Shown here piece by piece: positions 1 to 9,770 of a stretch of 64,000 nucleotides of DNA. Each line of letters starts with the position of its first letter. Position 1 is the stretch's first letter. The DNA lies in the NCBI GenBank assembly GCA_030950485.1, contig JAUZRK010000014.1, forward strand, positions 2,431-66,430, read 5' to 3'. The notes under the pieces are model-generated. The model had not been told where the DNA came from. It searched no databases and saw only the letters and a program-made list of their open reading frames with translations. The position numbers and the translations under genes were made by a program. Origin of the DNA: Candidatus Dojkabacteria bacterium (lineage in GTDB: Bacteria > Patescibacteriota > Dojkabacteria > J137).

Positions 1-403
1 TTTCTAATCCAACACCTATAGTAAAGGTAATGGCATTTAAATCACTATTAAAATAACAATATTCCGTGCTTTCTAAAACAGTATTTTCAAAAAAGGTAGA
101 GTACTCTTTGTCTAGGTGTAGTTTAAGCTCACTACTACTTTTTGGGATTTTCCCAAAATCAGATTGATATTCATAGATAATGAGTTGAATTTCGTTTAGT
201 GATGCTCTTCGCTGAGTATCTCGTTGAGCCCTCTGAGCTAATTGAATTCCTTCTATCGGATCTATGAAGTTTCCAACGTCATTATTACTCTCTTTTTGAT
301 CATTTTCATTATTAGATCTTGAACCAACAGCAAGGATGATCCCTAAAAATAATGATACAAGAAAAATAATTAATACAGCTATTAAACCTCTTTTATCTTT
401 CAT
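1..403 (-). CDS. pilin/T2SS GspG-like membrane protein, partial (runs off window start)
   Basis: Manual translation from ATG at 403 gives MKDKRGLIAVLIIFLVSLFLG (TM) and then RDTQRRASLNEIQLIIYEYQSDFGKIP, which resembles the RD.QR..DL..IQ.....Y....G.YP pilin-like motif. Not in the supplied ORF track. Confidence 0.55.
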   Translation of the reverse strand, partial: MKDKRGLIAVLIIFLVSLFLGIILAVGSRSNNENDQKESNNDVGNFIDPIEGIQLAQRAQRDTQRRASLNEIQLIIYEYQSDFGKIPKSSSELKLHLDKEYSTFFENTVLESTEYCYFNSDLNAITFTIGVGLE

Positions 404-408
404 CTAGC

Positions 409-2289
409 TTAGTCTTTTATAAAATTACCAACTATTCCGCCTGCTGCATCTATAAGCTGATTACTTTTCATAACAATAGACTCAGTTCTTAATCCACAGT
501 TAAAAGCTGACCGCTCTTCAACAGTTACTTTTTCATCAAAGTAATTTGGTATATCTAATAAATTACCAAAAGGTGGAACACCACCAATGATTAATCCATA
601 ACGCTCCTTTATTACTTCAGGTTTTTCCATTTCAACCTTCTCTCCAACTATTTCTTCAACAGCTTTAAAATCTATCCTCATATTTCCAGGTATATTTACT
701 ATATAGTTTTTTTCAGATTTCTTTCCTTTTAGAATAATTGCTTTTACTTCCTCACTTTCTTTTGTTCCTCTAACTCTCGCTGAGTCTTCAGAAGTAGGTG
801 TTTCTTCATGTACACTATATTCATATTGAAATTCTTTAGCATCTAAAAGCGACTTTATAGCCTTAACCATATCTTTACCATCGTTAATATCAGAAGCAAG
901 TGTCTTAATACCTAGTTCATTCATTTGTTCTTTTGAAATTGTACCTGGCCCTTCCATAACCGAAGTCTTACCTCCATAAGTCATTGGGAATGCGATAGTC
1001 TCTTTTAATGATTCTTCTCCTGCAAAAAGCATAACTAGTCTATCTAGACCTAGTGCAATTCCACCATGTGGAGGAGTTCCTAAATCAAAAGCTTTAAGCA
1101 TATGCCCTACTCCTGATTCAATTTCCGAATCACTATACCCCATTATTTTATAAGTAGCTCTTAGAATTTCAGCCTTATGTGCTCTTACACTTCCTCCTCC
1201 TACTTCATATCCATTACAAACAAGGTCATATTGCTGACTAACAATATCTCCTATATTTTCACCATTTAAGTGCCATTCTAAATATTCTTCATTTGGCATA
1301 CTGAAAGGATTATGTGTAAATGTCCACCCACTTTTCCCATCTCGTACTTCAGCTTTATCATCAGAATCAACTTTCTTGAAGAAAGGGAATTTATGTACCC
1401 AAGCAAATGCAAGTTCACCATTTTTCTTTTGTTCTTCAGTTCTCATATCGAATTTATCTGCACCATACTTCTCAATTGCCTGATCATACGGAATTCTAGG
1501 AAAATCAGTAGTTGTCAATTTAACATCAAATTTTGCTGCTACTTCTTTTACTATAGACTCAATAAGCTGCATTATTTCTTCTTGTGTTCTAAAACTAGTT
1601 TCTACATCTATTTGAGTATGTTCAAAACCTCTATCTGCTCTTAAATCTTCATCCCTTATACATCTAGCTAACTGAAAATAATTCTCTACACCTGCTGTCA
1701 TCAAAAGCTGTTTATATTGTTGTGGACTTTGAGGTAATGCGTAAAACTTTCCAGGATTTAATCTAGAGGGTACTACAAAGTCTCTTGATCCCTCTTTTGT
1801 AGAAGCAGTTAACATTGGTGTTTCAACCTCTGTAAAACCTCTGTTTAAAAATGCATTTCTAAATTCAAAAGCTAGTTTTGATCTTAACTTCAAAACTTTT
1901 CTCATTCGCTCTCTTCTTAAATCTAAATATCTAAATTTAAGTCTTGCTTCTTCTTTTATATCATATCCATCTCCAATTACTGGAATGGGTAGGGGATTAG
2001 CTTTGTTCAAAACTTTATACTCTAAAACTTCAATTTCTATTGTTCCAGTTATCATATCAGGATTAATCTGGTTTTCTGGCCTTGCATTTACCTTTCCCTT
2101 AACTTCGATAACAGTTTCGTTTGTAATATCTTTAAACATCTTAACGCCAACACACTGAACGATTCCACTTCTATCTCTTAAAGTAACAAACGCTACTTTA
2201 CCCATTAGTCTATAATTTTCAACCCATCCCTTAATAGTTACCTCCTGATCAATTTTTTCTAGTGTATCTTTTATTAGAGTTCTTTCCAT
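409..2289 (-). CDS. aspS: aspartyl-tRNA synthetase (no GAD insertion) with C-terminal YbaK/ProX-family domain
   Basis: Motifs RLKFRYLDLRR, EGSRDFVVPSR, FYALPQSPQQYKQLLM, RDEDLRADR and GTPPHGGIALGLDRL. The last ~155 aa contain HEETPTSEDSA..VKAIILK..GGVPPFG..AFNCG. Confidence 0.95.
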   Translation of the reverse strand: MERTLIKDTLEKIDQEVTIKGWVENYRLMGKVAFVTLRDRSGIVQCVGVKMFKDITNETVIEVKGKVNARPENQINPDMITGTIEIEVLEYKVLNKANPLPIPVIGDGYDIKEEARLKFRYLDLRRERMRKVLKLRSKLAFEFRNAFLNRGFTEVETPMLTASTKEGSRDFVVPSRLNPGKFYALPQSPQQYKQLLMTAGVENYFQLARCIRDEDLRADRGFEHTQIDVETSFRTQEEIMQLIESIVKEVAAKFDVKLTTTDFPRIPYDQAIEKYGADKFDMRTEEQKKNGELAFAWVHKFPFFKKVDSDDKAEVRDGKSGWTFTHNPFSMPNEEYLEWHLNGENIGDIVSQQYDLVCNGYEVGGGSVRAHKAEILRATYKIMGYSDSEIESGVGHMLKAFDLGTPPHGGIALGLDRLVMLFAGEESLKETIAFPMTYGGKTSVMEGPGTISKEQMNELGIKTLASDINDGKDMVKAIKSLLDAKEFQYEYSVHEETPTSEDSARVRGTKESEEVKAIILKGKKSEKNYIVNIPGNMRIDFKAVEEIVGEKVEMEKPEVIKERYGLIIGGVPPFGNLLDIPNYFDEKVTVEERSAFNCGLRTESIVMKSNQLIDAAGGIVGNFIKD

Positions 2290-2427
2290 TTTTAATGTTT
2301 AATAATATGAAGCTGCCATAATTCTATCATAAATAAGAGGGAAAAAAGAAATTAAGAATCGAGAATTGTAATTTAAAGTATTGATAGAGACAGCAAAATT
2401 TATAGCGAAACTAATTTAACTGATATA

Positions 2428-2730
2428 ATGAAAATATTAAAGAATTTATTTATGGTAGAGATCGTTTTATTTGTATGTTCATTGGTAATTATAGTGCCTT
2501 TATTATTTCTAGGTGCTTTATTTGTCAACTTTAGAAGAACACTTAGTGGTCAACCTGCTTTGACAACTGAGAAAGCAGTAATTGAATTATTTAAGGAATC
2601 CTACAAAAAGACTTACTCTAGACTGAAAGAAATTTTTAATATAAAGTCTAAAGCCAGTAAAACAAAAACTAAAAAAGAAGAAAAGAAGCCAGATAATTTT
2701 GAAGATGCTGAGTTTCGAGATGTGAATTAG
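2428..2730 (+). CDS. hypothetical membrane protein
   Basis: N-terminal hydrophobic helix and a C-terminal FEDAEFRDV motif. Confidence 0.7.
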   Translation: MKILKNLFMVEIVLFVCSLVIIVPLLFLGALFVNFRRTLSGQPALTTEKAVIELFKESYKKTYSRLKEIFNIKSKASKTKTKKEEKKPDNFEDAEFRDVN

Positions 2731-2733
2731 TTT

Positions 2734-2800
2734 CTAGTTGTTAGTTTTTAGTAGTACTTTGAATTTTACTAACAACTAACAACTGAAAACTAACAACTAG
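2734..2800. repeat. heptamer-periodic inverted repeat (TAGTNNT / ACTAACA units)
   Basis: CTAGTTGTTAGTTTTTAGT (2734-2752) matches the reverse complement of ACTGAAAACTAACAACTAG (2782-2800) with 1 mismatch; it abuts the mutS start. Confidence 0.75.
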
Positions 2801-2802
2801 TA

Positions 2803-5337
2803 ATGACACCAATGCAGGAGCAATACAATGATATTAAGAAAGAATATAAAGATCATATTCTTCTTTTCAGACTTGGCGACTTTTATGAAATCTTTCATGA
2901 AGATGCTGTAAAAGCTAGTAAAATATTAGGTATTACATTAACAGGTAGGGGGAAAGGAGAAACTAGATACCCTATGGCTGGTATTCCCCATCACTCACTT
3001 TCTAGTTATTTACCTAAACTTATTAAAGCAGGTGTTAAAGTAGCAATTGCTGACCAAACAGAGGAGGCAACACCTGGTAAATTAGTTGAAAGAGAAGTTA
3101 CAAAAATTATTACACCAGGAACTGTTATAGATGAAAATACTTTAGATTCTTCTAAGAATAATTATATTGCCTCTGTCTTAGAAGATGATACGAAAAGTTT
3201 TAGTTTAGTTTATTGTGATTTAACAACTGGGGAACTTAAAGCATTTACTTCAGACAGCGCTCTAGTCATAAGAAATGAAATAAATAAAGTCTCTCCTTCA
3301 GAATTATTAATTAGAGAAGATCAGTTCGAAACCATTGGTAAACTTACAAGCTTTCATCTTGAAAAACTTGAGAAAAGTGAATTTAATCTTAAAAGTTCTT
3401 ATGAGATTTTATTAAAGCAATTTGATGTAAATAATCTAAAAGGATTTGGTATTGAAGATGACGAAGCAATGATAAGCGCTGCAGGTGCGTTAATTAAATA
3501 CATTAGAAAGAACCAAAAAAACAATCTAAAACATATTAAAAATATCAAGCCATACGAATATTCTAATGTAATGCAGTTAGATTATGAAACAATTAGAAAT
3601 CTTGAGCTTTTGAGTTCAATGACAAATGGGAATGAAAATGATTCATTATATTCAGTAATAAATAAATGTAAAAATCCTATCGGAAAGAGGCTTCTTAGAC
3701 AATATATCCTTCATCCTATAACGAATAAAGAGATTTTAGATGATAGATTAGATGCTGTTGAGTATTTTTATAATAATACCTTACTTACCTCTGACATTAG
3801 GGACTCGCTAAATTCAATCGCAGACATAGAAAGAATTACAGGAAGACTTGGAACTGGATCAATTAACCCAAAAGATATAAGAGCCCTTGGAAGAAGTTTG
3901 GAGGAACTTTTAAGATTTATAAAACTAATTAACCAGACAGAAGGAGAATTACCAACTAGACTAAGCTACTTAATAAGAAATATTGAAGTTGAGAAAGTAG
4001 AAGAATTAATAAATTTAATAAATAAATCTATTAAAGAAGATCCTCCGACAGTTATTAATGAAGGTGGGATATTTACTGAAGGATATAATGAGAGGATTGA
4101 CGAATTAAGATCAGTTAAAGGGAACGCCAAGGGTATACTTAAAGATATTCAAGAAAGAGAGTCTAAAAGAAATAATATTCCATCATTAAAAATCTCTTTC
4201 AACAGAGTATTTGGTTATTATATTGAAGTTACTAAAACTCATATAGATAAAGTTCCAGCTGATTATATAAGAAAACAAACTTTAGCAAATGCAGAAAGAT
4301 TTATTACTGAAGAACTTAAAGAAATTGAAGATAAGATTCTAAATAGCGATGATGAATTAATAAAATTAGAGTTTGATTTATATAAAGAGTTTATAGAAGT
4401 ATTAGCAAAAGGCATCAGTATAATACTAAAAGCCGCTAGTGTTATCGGGGAAATAGATGTTCTTTCTAACTTTGGACATATTGCAAAACAATATCAATAT
4501 ACTAAACCAGAGCTTTTAGAAGAAGATTTTATAGAAATTATTGATGGAAGACATCCTGTTGTAGAACAGATAACAAAAGAATTTGTTCCTAATTCAACTG
4601 AATTTAATGATTATTCAAAAATCCATATACTAACTGGACCTAATATGTCTGGTAAATCTACATATATAAGACAAGTAGCACTAATAACATTAATGGCTCA
4701 AATCGGCTCTTTTATACCAGCAAAAAAAATGTCTCTTGGGCTTGTTGATAGGATTTTTACAAGAGTAGGAGCATCAGATAATCTCTCTAAAGGTGAGTCT
4801 ACTTTTATGGTTGAGATGAATGAAACAGCAAATATCTTAAATAATGCTACAAGTAGAAGTCTTGTTATTTTAGATGAAGTTGGAAGAGGTACTAGTACTT
4901 ATGATGGAGTTGCAATAGCTTGGTCGATAGTAGAGTATCTTGACGAAAATATTAAGAGTAAAACTCTCTTTGCTACACACTATCATGAGCTTATAGAGTT
5001 AGAAAAAAAAGATAATATCATTAAAAACTATAATGTCTCTGTTTTAGAAAAAGATGAAAAAATCTTATTTCAACATAAAATAATTGCTGGATCTACAAAT
5101 AGAAGTTATGGAGTACATGTAGCTAAACTTGCGGGTATACCGGATAAGGTTGTTGCTAGGTCTAATGAAATATTAGAGAGATTTGAAAATACAAATAGCG
5201 AAGATACTTCTAGCAAGTTAAAGGAAACAGAAGTAATTTATAAACCAATTTCAAGTACAACTGATACTTCTATAAAGACAGTTTCTACTCCAAAAAAACC
5301 TAAGCAGATTCACCCTGGACAACTAGGACTAATCTAG
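2803..5337 (+). CDS. mutS: DNA mismatch repair protein MutS
   Basis: TPMQEQY, FRLGDFYE, TGPNMSGKST, STFMVEM, DEVGRGTSTYDG, ATHYHEL and SYGVHVAKLAG motifs. Confidence 0.98.
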   Translation: MTPMQEQYNDIKKEYKDHILLFRLGDFYEIFHEDAVKASKILGITLTGRGKGETRYPMAGIPHHSLSSYLPKLIKAGVKVAIADQTEEATPGKLVEREVTKIITPGTVIDENTLDSSKNNYIASVLEDDTKSFSLVYCDLTTGELKAFTSDSALVIRNEINKVSPSELLIREDQFETIGKLTSFHLEKLEKSEFNLKSSYEILLKQFDVNNLKGFGIEDDEAMISAAGALIKYIRKNQKNNLKHIKNIKPYEYSNVMQLDYETIRNLELLSSMTNGNENDSLYSVINKCKNPIGKRLLRQYILHPITNKEILDDRLDAVEYFYNNTLLTSDIRDSLNSIADIERITGRLGTGSINPKDIRALGRSLEELLRFIKLINQTEGELPTRLSYLIRNIEVEKVEELINLINKSIKEDPPTVINEGGIFTEGYNERIDELRSVKGNAKGILKDIQERESKRNNIPSLKISFNRVFGYYIEVTKTHIDKVPADYIRKQTLANAERFITEELKEIEDKILNSDDELIKLEFDLYKEFIEVLAKGISIILKAASVIGEIDVLSNFGHIAKQYQYTKPELLEEDFIEIIDGRHPVVEQITKEFVPNSTEFNDYSKIHILTGPNMSGKSTYIRQVALITLMAQIGSFIPAKKMSLGLVDRIFTRVGASDNLSKGESTFMVEMNETANILNNATSRSLVILDEVGRGTSTYDGVAIAWSIVEYLDENIKSKTLFATHYHELIELEKKDNIIKNYNVSVLEKDEKILFQHKIIAGSTNRSYGVHVAKLAGIPDKVVARSNEILERFENTNSEDTSSKLKETEVIYKPISSTTDTSIKTVSTPKKPKQIHPGQLGLI

Positions 5338-5440
5338 AATTATTCTAGAACTTCTCATTTTCTTTTATGCTCATTAAATATATAGATTTATATTTCTGAC
5401 TTTTTCCTTTTGACTTCAAACTTTTTACTTTTCTATATTT

Positions 5441-5467
5441 TTAGCAAGATCTCGTTCAATTTGCTAA
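5441..5467 (+). promoter_or_regulatory. variant CIRCE operator upstream of hrcA
   Basis: TTAGCAAGA-N9-ATTTGCTAA against the consensus TTAGCACTC-N9-GAGTGCTAA. A TTGACT(5410)-18 bp-TATATT(5434) promoter-like pair lies immediately upstream. Confidence 0.7.
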
Positions 5468-5476
5468 AATTACGTG

Positions 5477-6232
5477 ATGGAAAATGATATATCCAAAAGA
5501 CAACAGAACCTTCTAAATGCGGTTATAAAAGAATTCGTAGATACGGCAGAAGCTGTAGGTTCTATTAATCTGTTAAATAAATATAACTTTAAGGTAAGTT
5601 CTGCAACTATACGAAATGAAATGGCAGAATTAGTTTTAACTGGCTATTTATATAAAAAGCATACTAGCGCTGGAAGAATACCAACGACAAAAGGTTGGAG
5701 GTTTTTTGTAGATAATCTTAAAGAGGAATTAAATTATGTAGATGCTTCAAAAGCTGCATTAGACAATCAAGCAAAAACTCAATTTGTTTCAGACCTTGTT
5801 AAATTAAAAAATGAGAAAGGAGATTTAATTAGGCAGAGTTTGAACTTTTTATGTATGCTTTCTGATAATCCAACTATTGCCTTAATTGGCAAGAACGTAT
5901 ATTACTCTGGTCTGTCACTTCTCCCAAAAATTCCTGAGTTGCAAGAAGAAGATAACCTAAAAAGATTACTTCAGATTTTAGAAGACTACTATACCTTATC
6001 AGAAGTGTTCAATAAATCTGAGAAAAAAGAGGATGTAAATATCCTTATAGGTGAAGAAGAAACAGGAGATGAAAGATTTAAAAACTACTCTGTTATCTTT
6101 TCTGAAATTAGTTTTAGTAATGGTGAAAGAGGTTTTATAGCTGTAATTGGACCTAACAGAATGGATTATCAAAAAATCATTTCATCTTTAAAATATATTT
6201 CAGATACGATTAAGTTTATTGTAAACAATTAA
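5477..6232 (+). CDS. hrcA: heat-inducible transcription repressor HrcA (short form)
   Basis: ISKRQ..LL, VSSATIRNEMAEL, HTSAGRIPT..GWRFFV and VIGPNRMDY motifs. Confidence 0.93.
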   Translation: MENDISKRQQNLLNAVIKEFVDTAEAVGSINLLNKYNFKVSSATIRNEMAELVLTGYLYKKHTSAGRIPTTKGWRFFVDNLKEELNYVDASKAALDNQAKTQFVSDLVKLKNEKGDLIRQSLNFLCMLSDNPTIALIGKNVYYSGLSLLPKIPELQEEDNLKRLLQILEDYYTLSEVFNKSEKKEDVNILIGEEETGDERFKNYSVIFSEISFSNGERGFIAVIGPNRMDYQKIISSLKYISDTIKFIVNN

Positions 6233-6244
6233 TTAGATTAGGCT

Positions 6245-6673
6245 ATGGATAATCTTGAAACTAGAATTAATTCATTAATAGAAAAAACACTTAGCCTCTT
6301 ATATATTGAACTTACTGATGAAATTAAATATATAAATGTTGATTATGTATCATTTAAAGTTAGTGATTTAGACATTCAACTAAATTTAAGTGAAATGAAA
6401 ATCTTTGAGAAGACAAGAGATTACGCTATTTATATTTTAAATGAGGCTAAAAATACAGAATTAGGTTTTTTAGAAATCGTTAAATTCAGTACACTAGATG
6501 ATGACTATATTGACCTAAGACATAGCAACTATAAAAAACTTAAAAGCTCTTATAGTAATAAACTTAAAGAAGTGATAACTGAGGATGGTTATGAATTACA
6601 ACAGTTGAAAAATAAAAATGATTTTGTAGTATATTTTGTTGAAAAACCTTTATCTTTAGATATTAAAAACTAA
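6245..6673 (+). CDS. hypothetical protein, paralog of the N-terminal domain of the downstream GrpE fusion
   Basis: Collinear similarity by eye to residues 1-148 of ORF 6677..7600. Confidence 0.7.
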   Translation: MDNLETRINSLIEKTLSLLYIELTDEIKYINVDYVSFKVSDLDIQLNLSEMKIFEKTRDYAIYILNEAKNTELGFLEIVKFSTLDDDYIDLRHSNYKKLKSSYSNKLKEVITEDGYELQQLKNKNDFVVYFVEKPLSLDIKN

Positions 6674-6676
6674 TAC

Positions 6677-7600
6677 ATGAAGAAAATTTACAATATTATT
6701 GATGAGATAATAAATAACTCTAAGAGAGCTTTAAATTCTAATTTAGATGATATTGATATAAAAAATATAAGTTCTAATTACGTAGCAATTCAATCTACGG
6801 ACAATAATGATTATGATCAGTTAATAGAACTACTGTCTGAGATAGGTAAACTTCACTCAGAAAAAAAAACCGGAATAATATTTCAGTTAGAATCAAGCTA
6901 CAAGACAGATTTGGGAGATATTGAATTAGTTAGAGTAAGAAAACCAGATCCTAATGGTGTTATTGTTGGCTTTGCCGATTTTAATATTACTAACTATGAA
7001 GAATTCAAAGCAAAATATCTAGATAAATCAAATTTTTCAATTCAAACATCTTCAGATGGTAAAGAGTTAATCCAATTAAAGGATGATGCTCAATTAATAT
7101 TTTTCCCAAAAGAACCTATAAAAGTTAATAATAAAAATATGAAAAAAGATGACAACAATCAAGAAGAAAATAGCCAACTTATTGAGGAACTAAAAAACAA
7201 GAATCTTCAACTAATGGCTGACTTTCAAAATTACAAAAAAAGAATTGATGCAGAGAAAGCTACTTTTGGAGCTATTGCAAACATGAGTTTAATTACAGAA
7301 CTTTTAGAGGTTCATGATGATTTAGGATTAGCTTTACAAGATGAGAATCTAGATCTTGATAATGCTAAGGGTTCTATTAAAACAGCTCAAGAAAAACTAG
7401 TAGGTTCTGCAAAAAATGCAGGAATAGAAAGAGTTGAGGTTAAGATTGGTGATGATTTTGATAGAGAGAAAATGGAAGCTATTTCTACAGTCCCAAATCC
7501 TGAGATGAAAGATAAGGTTATTGCTGTAATTAGTTCTGCTTTTAAATATGCTGATAAAGACGGTATTTTGAAAGCTGCGAAAGTTATTGTTGGTAAATAA
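6677..7600 (+). CDS. grpE: nucleotide exchange factor GrpE with an extra ~150-aa N-terminal domain
   Basis: The C-terminal half has LMADFQNYKKR, GDDFDREKMEAI and ILKAAKVIV, and the gene lies in the hrcA operon. An internal ATG at 7139 is an alternative start. Confidence 0.88.
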   Translation: MKKIYNIIDEIINNSKRALNSNLDDIDIKNISSNYVAIQSTDNNDYDQLIELLSEIGKLHSEKKTGIIFQLESSYKTDLGDIELVRVRKPDPNGVIVGFADFNITNYEEFKAKYLDKSNFSIQTSSDGKELIQLKDDAQLIFFPKEPIKVNNKNMKKDDNNQEENSQLIEELKNKNLQLMADFQNYKKRIDAEKATFGAIANMSLITELLEVHDDLGLALQDENLDLDNAKGSIKTAQEKLVGSAKNAGIERVEVKIGDDFDREKMEAISTVPNPEMKDKVIAVISSAFKYADKDGILKAAKVIVGK

Positions 7601-7608
7601 TTAACTTA

Positions 7609-8057
7609 ATGAAAACCACTTTGAAGATACTACAAATAGACCTTATGCTGCGCTCGCTTCAACAATTTAAATTAATGATTCAGAACTTCTAATAATAAGT
7701 GGGCAATTAACGTGGGTACCGAGACCTTTTGACACTGATTTAACAATTTCAAATGCTAGAAAAATATATGATTATATAAGGAACAGAGACATACAATTTA
7801 TTTTTACAGGTGACTTTAATGTAGGCTCAAGGACGATTACTTCAATGCAATTTGAAGAATTGGGTTTAAATTTAACTAGAAACTATAGTTTTACAAATAC
7901 TTTAAATCCTGATCTACACAGAGCTAAACATTTATTTCCTGAAGGCATCCCATGCGATCAAGTGATTGTTGACAAAAGAATTGAAGTTATAGATTTTAAA
8001 ATCATAACCCAAAATATCTCTGATCATTACGGACTAAGTTTGACTTTTAAAATTTAA
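7609..8057 (+). pseudogene. endonuclease/exonuclease/phosphatase (EEP) family remnant
   Basis: ATG at 7609 reads MKTTLKILQI (EEP-like start). A different frame has a TAA at 7668 and then FTGDFN, CDQVIV and SDHYGL motifs. The middle of the domain appears deleted. Confidence 0.7.
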
Positions 8058-8122
8058 AATATTTTATTGCTTTAATCCTCTAGGTCAATTTAATGTACAA
8101 TTAAATATATTAAATAAAAAAA

Positions 8123-8770
8123 ATGGAACAACAAAAACAAGTAAATCAACCTGTAGTTAATACACAAAGTACACCAAATACTACTGTAAATAATTCAAGT
8201 AATGTGAAGATGAATTTCGTATTGTTTATAAGTATTATTGCAATTATCGCCAGTGGAATTGCAATATTTCTTGTAGTTAGCGATAGTGGTAATTCTGATA
8301 ATGACATAGATAAGACTGAGCCTACTAATGAATCTGATGACGGACAAGCTGTTATGGGATACCCTGCGGGAGAAAGAGATATTGATGAAATGGTTGTAAA
8401 TAATCGAAATTCAGGAGAATATAATGATCCATTATTAGGTAACGGTGCAGCTTCTACTTTAGAAATTTTTGAAGCAGATACATATTTGTTTGACATAACT
8501 GATCTTCCACTTAATGATGGTGATGTTTTCTATTTTGCTATAGAGTCTTCTTTTGGTGAAAAATTATATAGTACTGATCAGTTTATATATAGTCCAAATA
8601 ATGCTTTAGTAAATTCAGAAGGTATTGCTTATTTAGAGGCATCTTTGGAAACATTTACTTACTTTAGAGTAGATACTCCTTTATATATTCAACTTTATGA
8701 AATTGTTCCTGACTCATTAGGAAACACTACTGAATATTTATCAGGAGGTTATCAGTTATTCAATATCTAA
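8123..8770 (+). CDS. hypothetical single-pass membrane protein
   Basis: Low-complexity N-terminus, one TM helix and an acidic extracellular domain. Confidence 0.75.
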   Translation: MEQQKQVNQPVVNTQSTPNTTVNNSSNVKMNFVLFISIIAIIASGIAIFLVVSDSGNSDNDIDKTEPTNESDDGQAVMGYPAGERDIDEMVVNNRNSGEYNDPLLGNGAASTLEIFEADTYLFDITDLPLNDGDVFYFAIESSFGEKLYSTDQFIYSPNNALVNSEGIAYLEASLETFTYFRVDTPLYIQLYEIVPDSLGNTTEYLSGGYQLFNI

Positions 8771-8811
8771 TATATTTTAATAGCTAATTGCTTTTAGTAA
8801 ATTTTGTATTA

Positions 8812-9678
8812 ATGAAACAAAATACCTTTTCAATTGTAGCTAGAGATCCAAAATCAGGAAAAATTGCTGTTGGTGGTTCAAGTAATTGGTTCGCATACTC
8901 TAGATTAGTACCTTGGATTGAAGCTGGATTGGGAGCAGTTGCTACTCAAGCAGAGACTAGTCTCTCCTACCCTAAAGTGATTTTTGAATCATTAAAATCA
9001 GGAAAAGATATTAAAAGCTCTCTCATCGCTGCTACTTTAAGTGATGAAAATAAAAACATAAGGCAAGTAATTGTAATAGATAATAATGGAAACACATCAG
9101 TATTTACTGGAGAAAAATGCGTTAAATTTGCCTCAGATTATTCTGAACTAAATTTTGCAGTTGCTGGTAATATGCTTGCTAATGACAAGGTTATCCCAAG
9201 TATTATTGAATCATTTAAAACAGCAGACGAGGAATTGCCTTTAGCGGAAAGAATGATTCAAGCTTTAAAAGCTGGTCAAGACGCTGGTGGTGATTTTAGA
9301 GGAAAAAGATCAGCTGGTCTTTTAGTTTCTGAATCCGAAAAGATTGGTACTCATATGGATTATATCTCAACTAATATTCGAATTGATGATCACGTAGACC
9401 CAATCTTAGAAATGGAAAGAATTTATAATATCTCAAAAGCATATAAATTCATGGAGGCTGGGGATAATTTCGCGTATGAGCTAAATGATAAAGAAAATGC
9501 ATTAAAATCTTATCAAGAAGCATTTAAACTACAACCTGAGAACGATGAAGTTTTATTCTGATTTACAAAATTATTAAAAGATATTGGTGAAACAGCTGAG
9601 TTTGAAAAAAGATTTGATAAATTGCTTAAGAGAGATCCTAAATGGAAACAATATTTAGAACGAGTAGAAGCTGTTTAG
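8812..9678 (+). pseudogene. DUF1028 (Ntn-hydrolase-like) protein with C-terminal TPR-like tail, interrupted by in-frame TGA at 9559
   Basis: TFSIVARD, GAVATQA, AGNMLA, AGGDFRGKRSA and RIDDH motifs. The frame stays open after the TGA (EVLF*FTKLLKDIG) until TAG at 9676. The truncated product may still be functional. Confidence 0.75.
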
Positions 9679-9681
9679 TAA

Positions 9682-9754
9682 GCTGAAATAGCTCAGTTGG
9701 TAGAGCGGCGGTATCGTAAACCGTAGGCCGCGAGTTCGACTCTCGCTTTCAGCT
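9682..9754 (+). tRNA. tRNA-Thr(CGT), CCA not encoded
   Basis: GCTGAAA/TTTCAGC acceptor stem, D-arm GCTC..GAGC, anticodon arm GCGGT-ATCGTAA-ACCGT and T-loop TTCGACT. Confidence 0.92.
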
Positions 9755-9770
9755 TTTTTTAATAATCTGC

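Noticed and set aside
9559..9561. Selenocysteine TGA in the DUF1028 gene (also the TGA at 21345)
   Set aside because: The positions are not Cys-like catalytic sites and no SECIS-like hairpin was seen immediately downstream. A TGG>TGA mutation is a simpler explanation at 9559.
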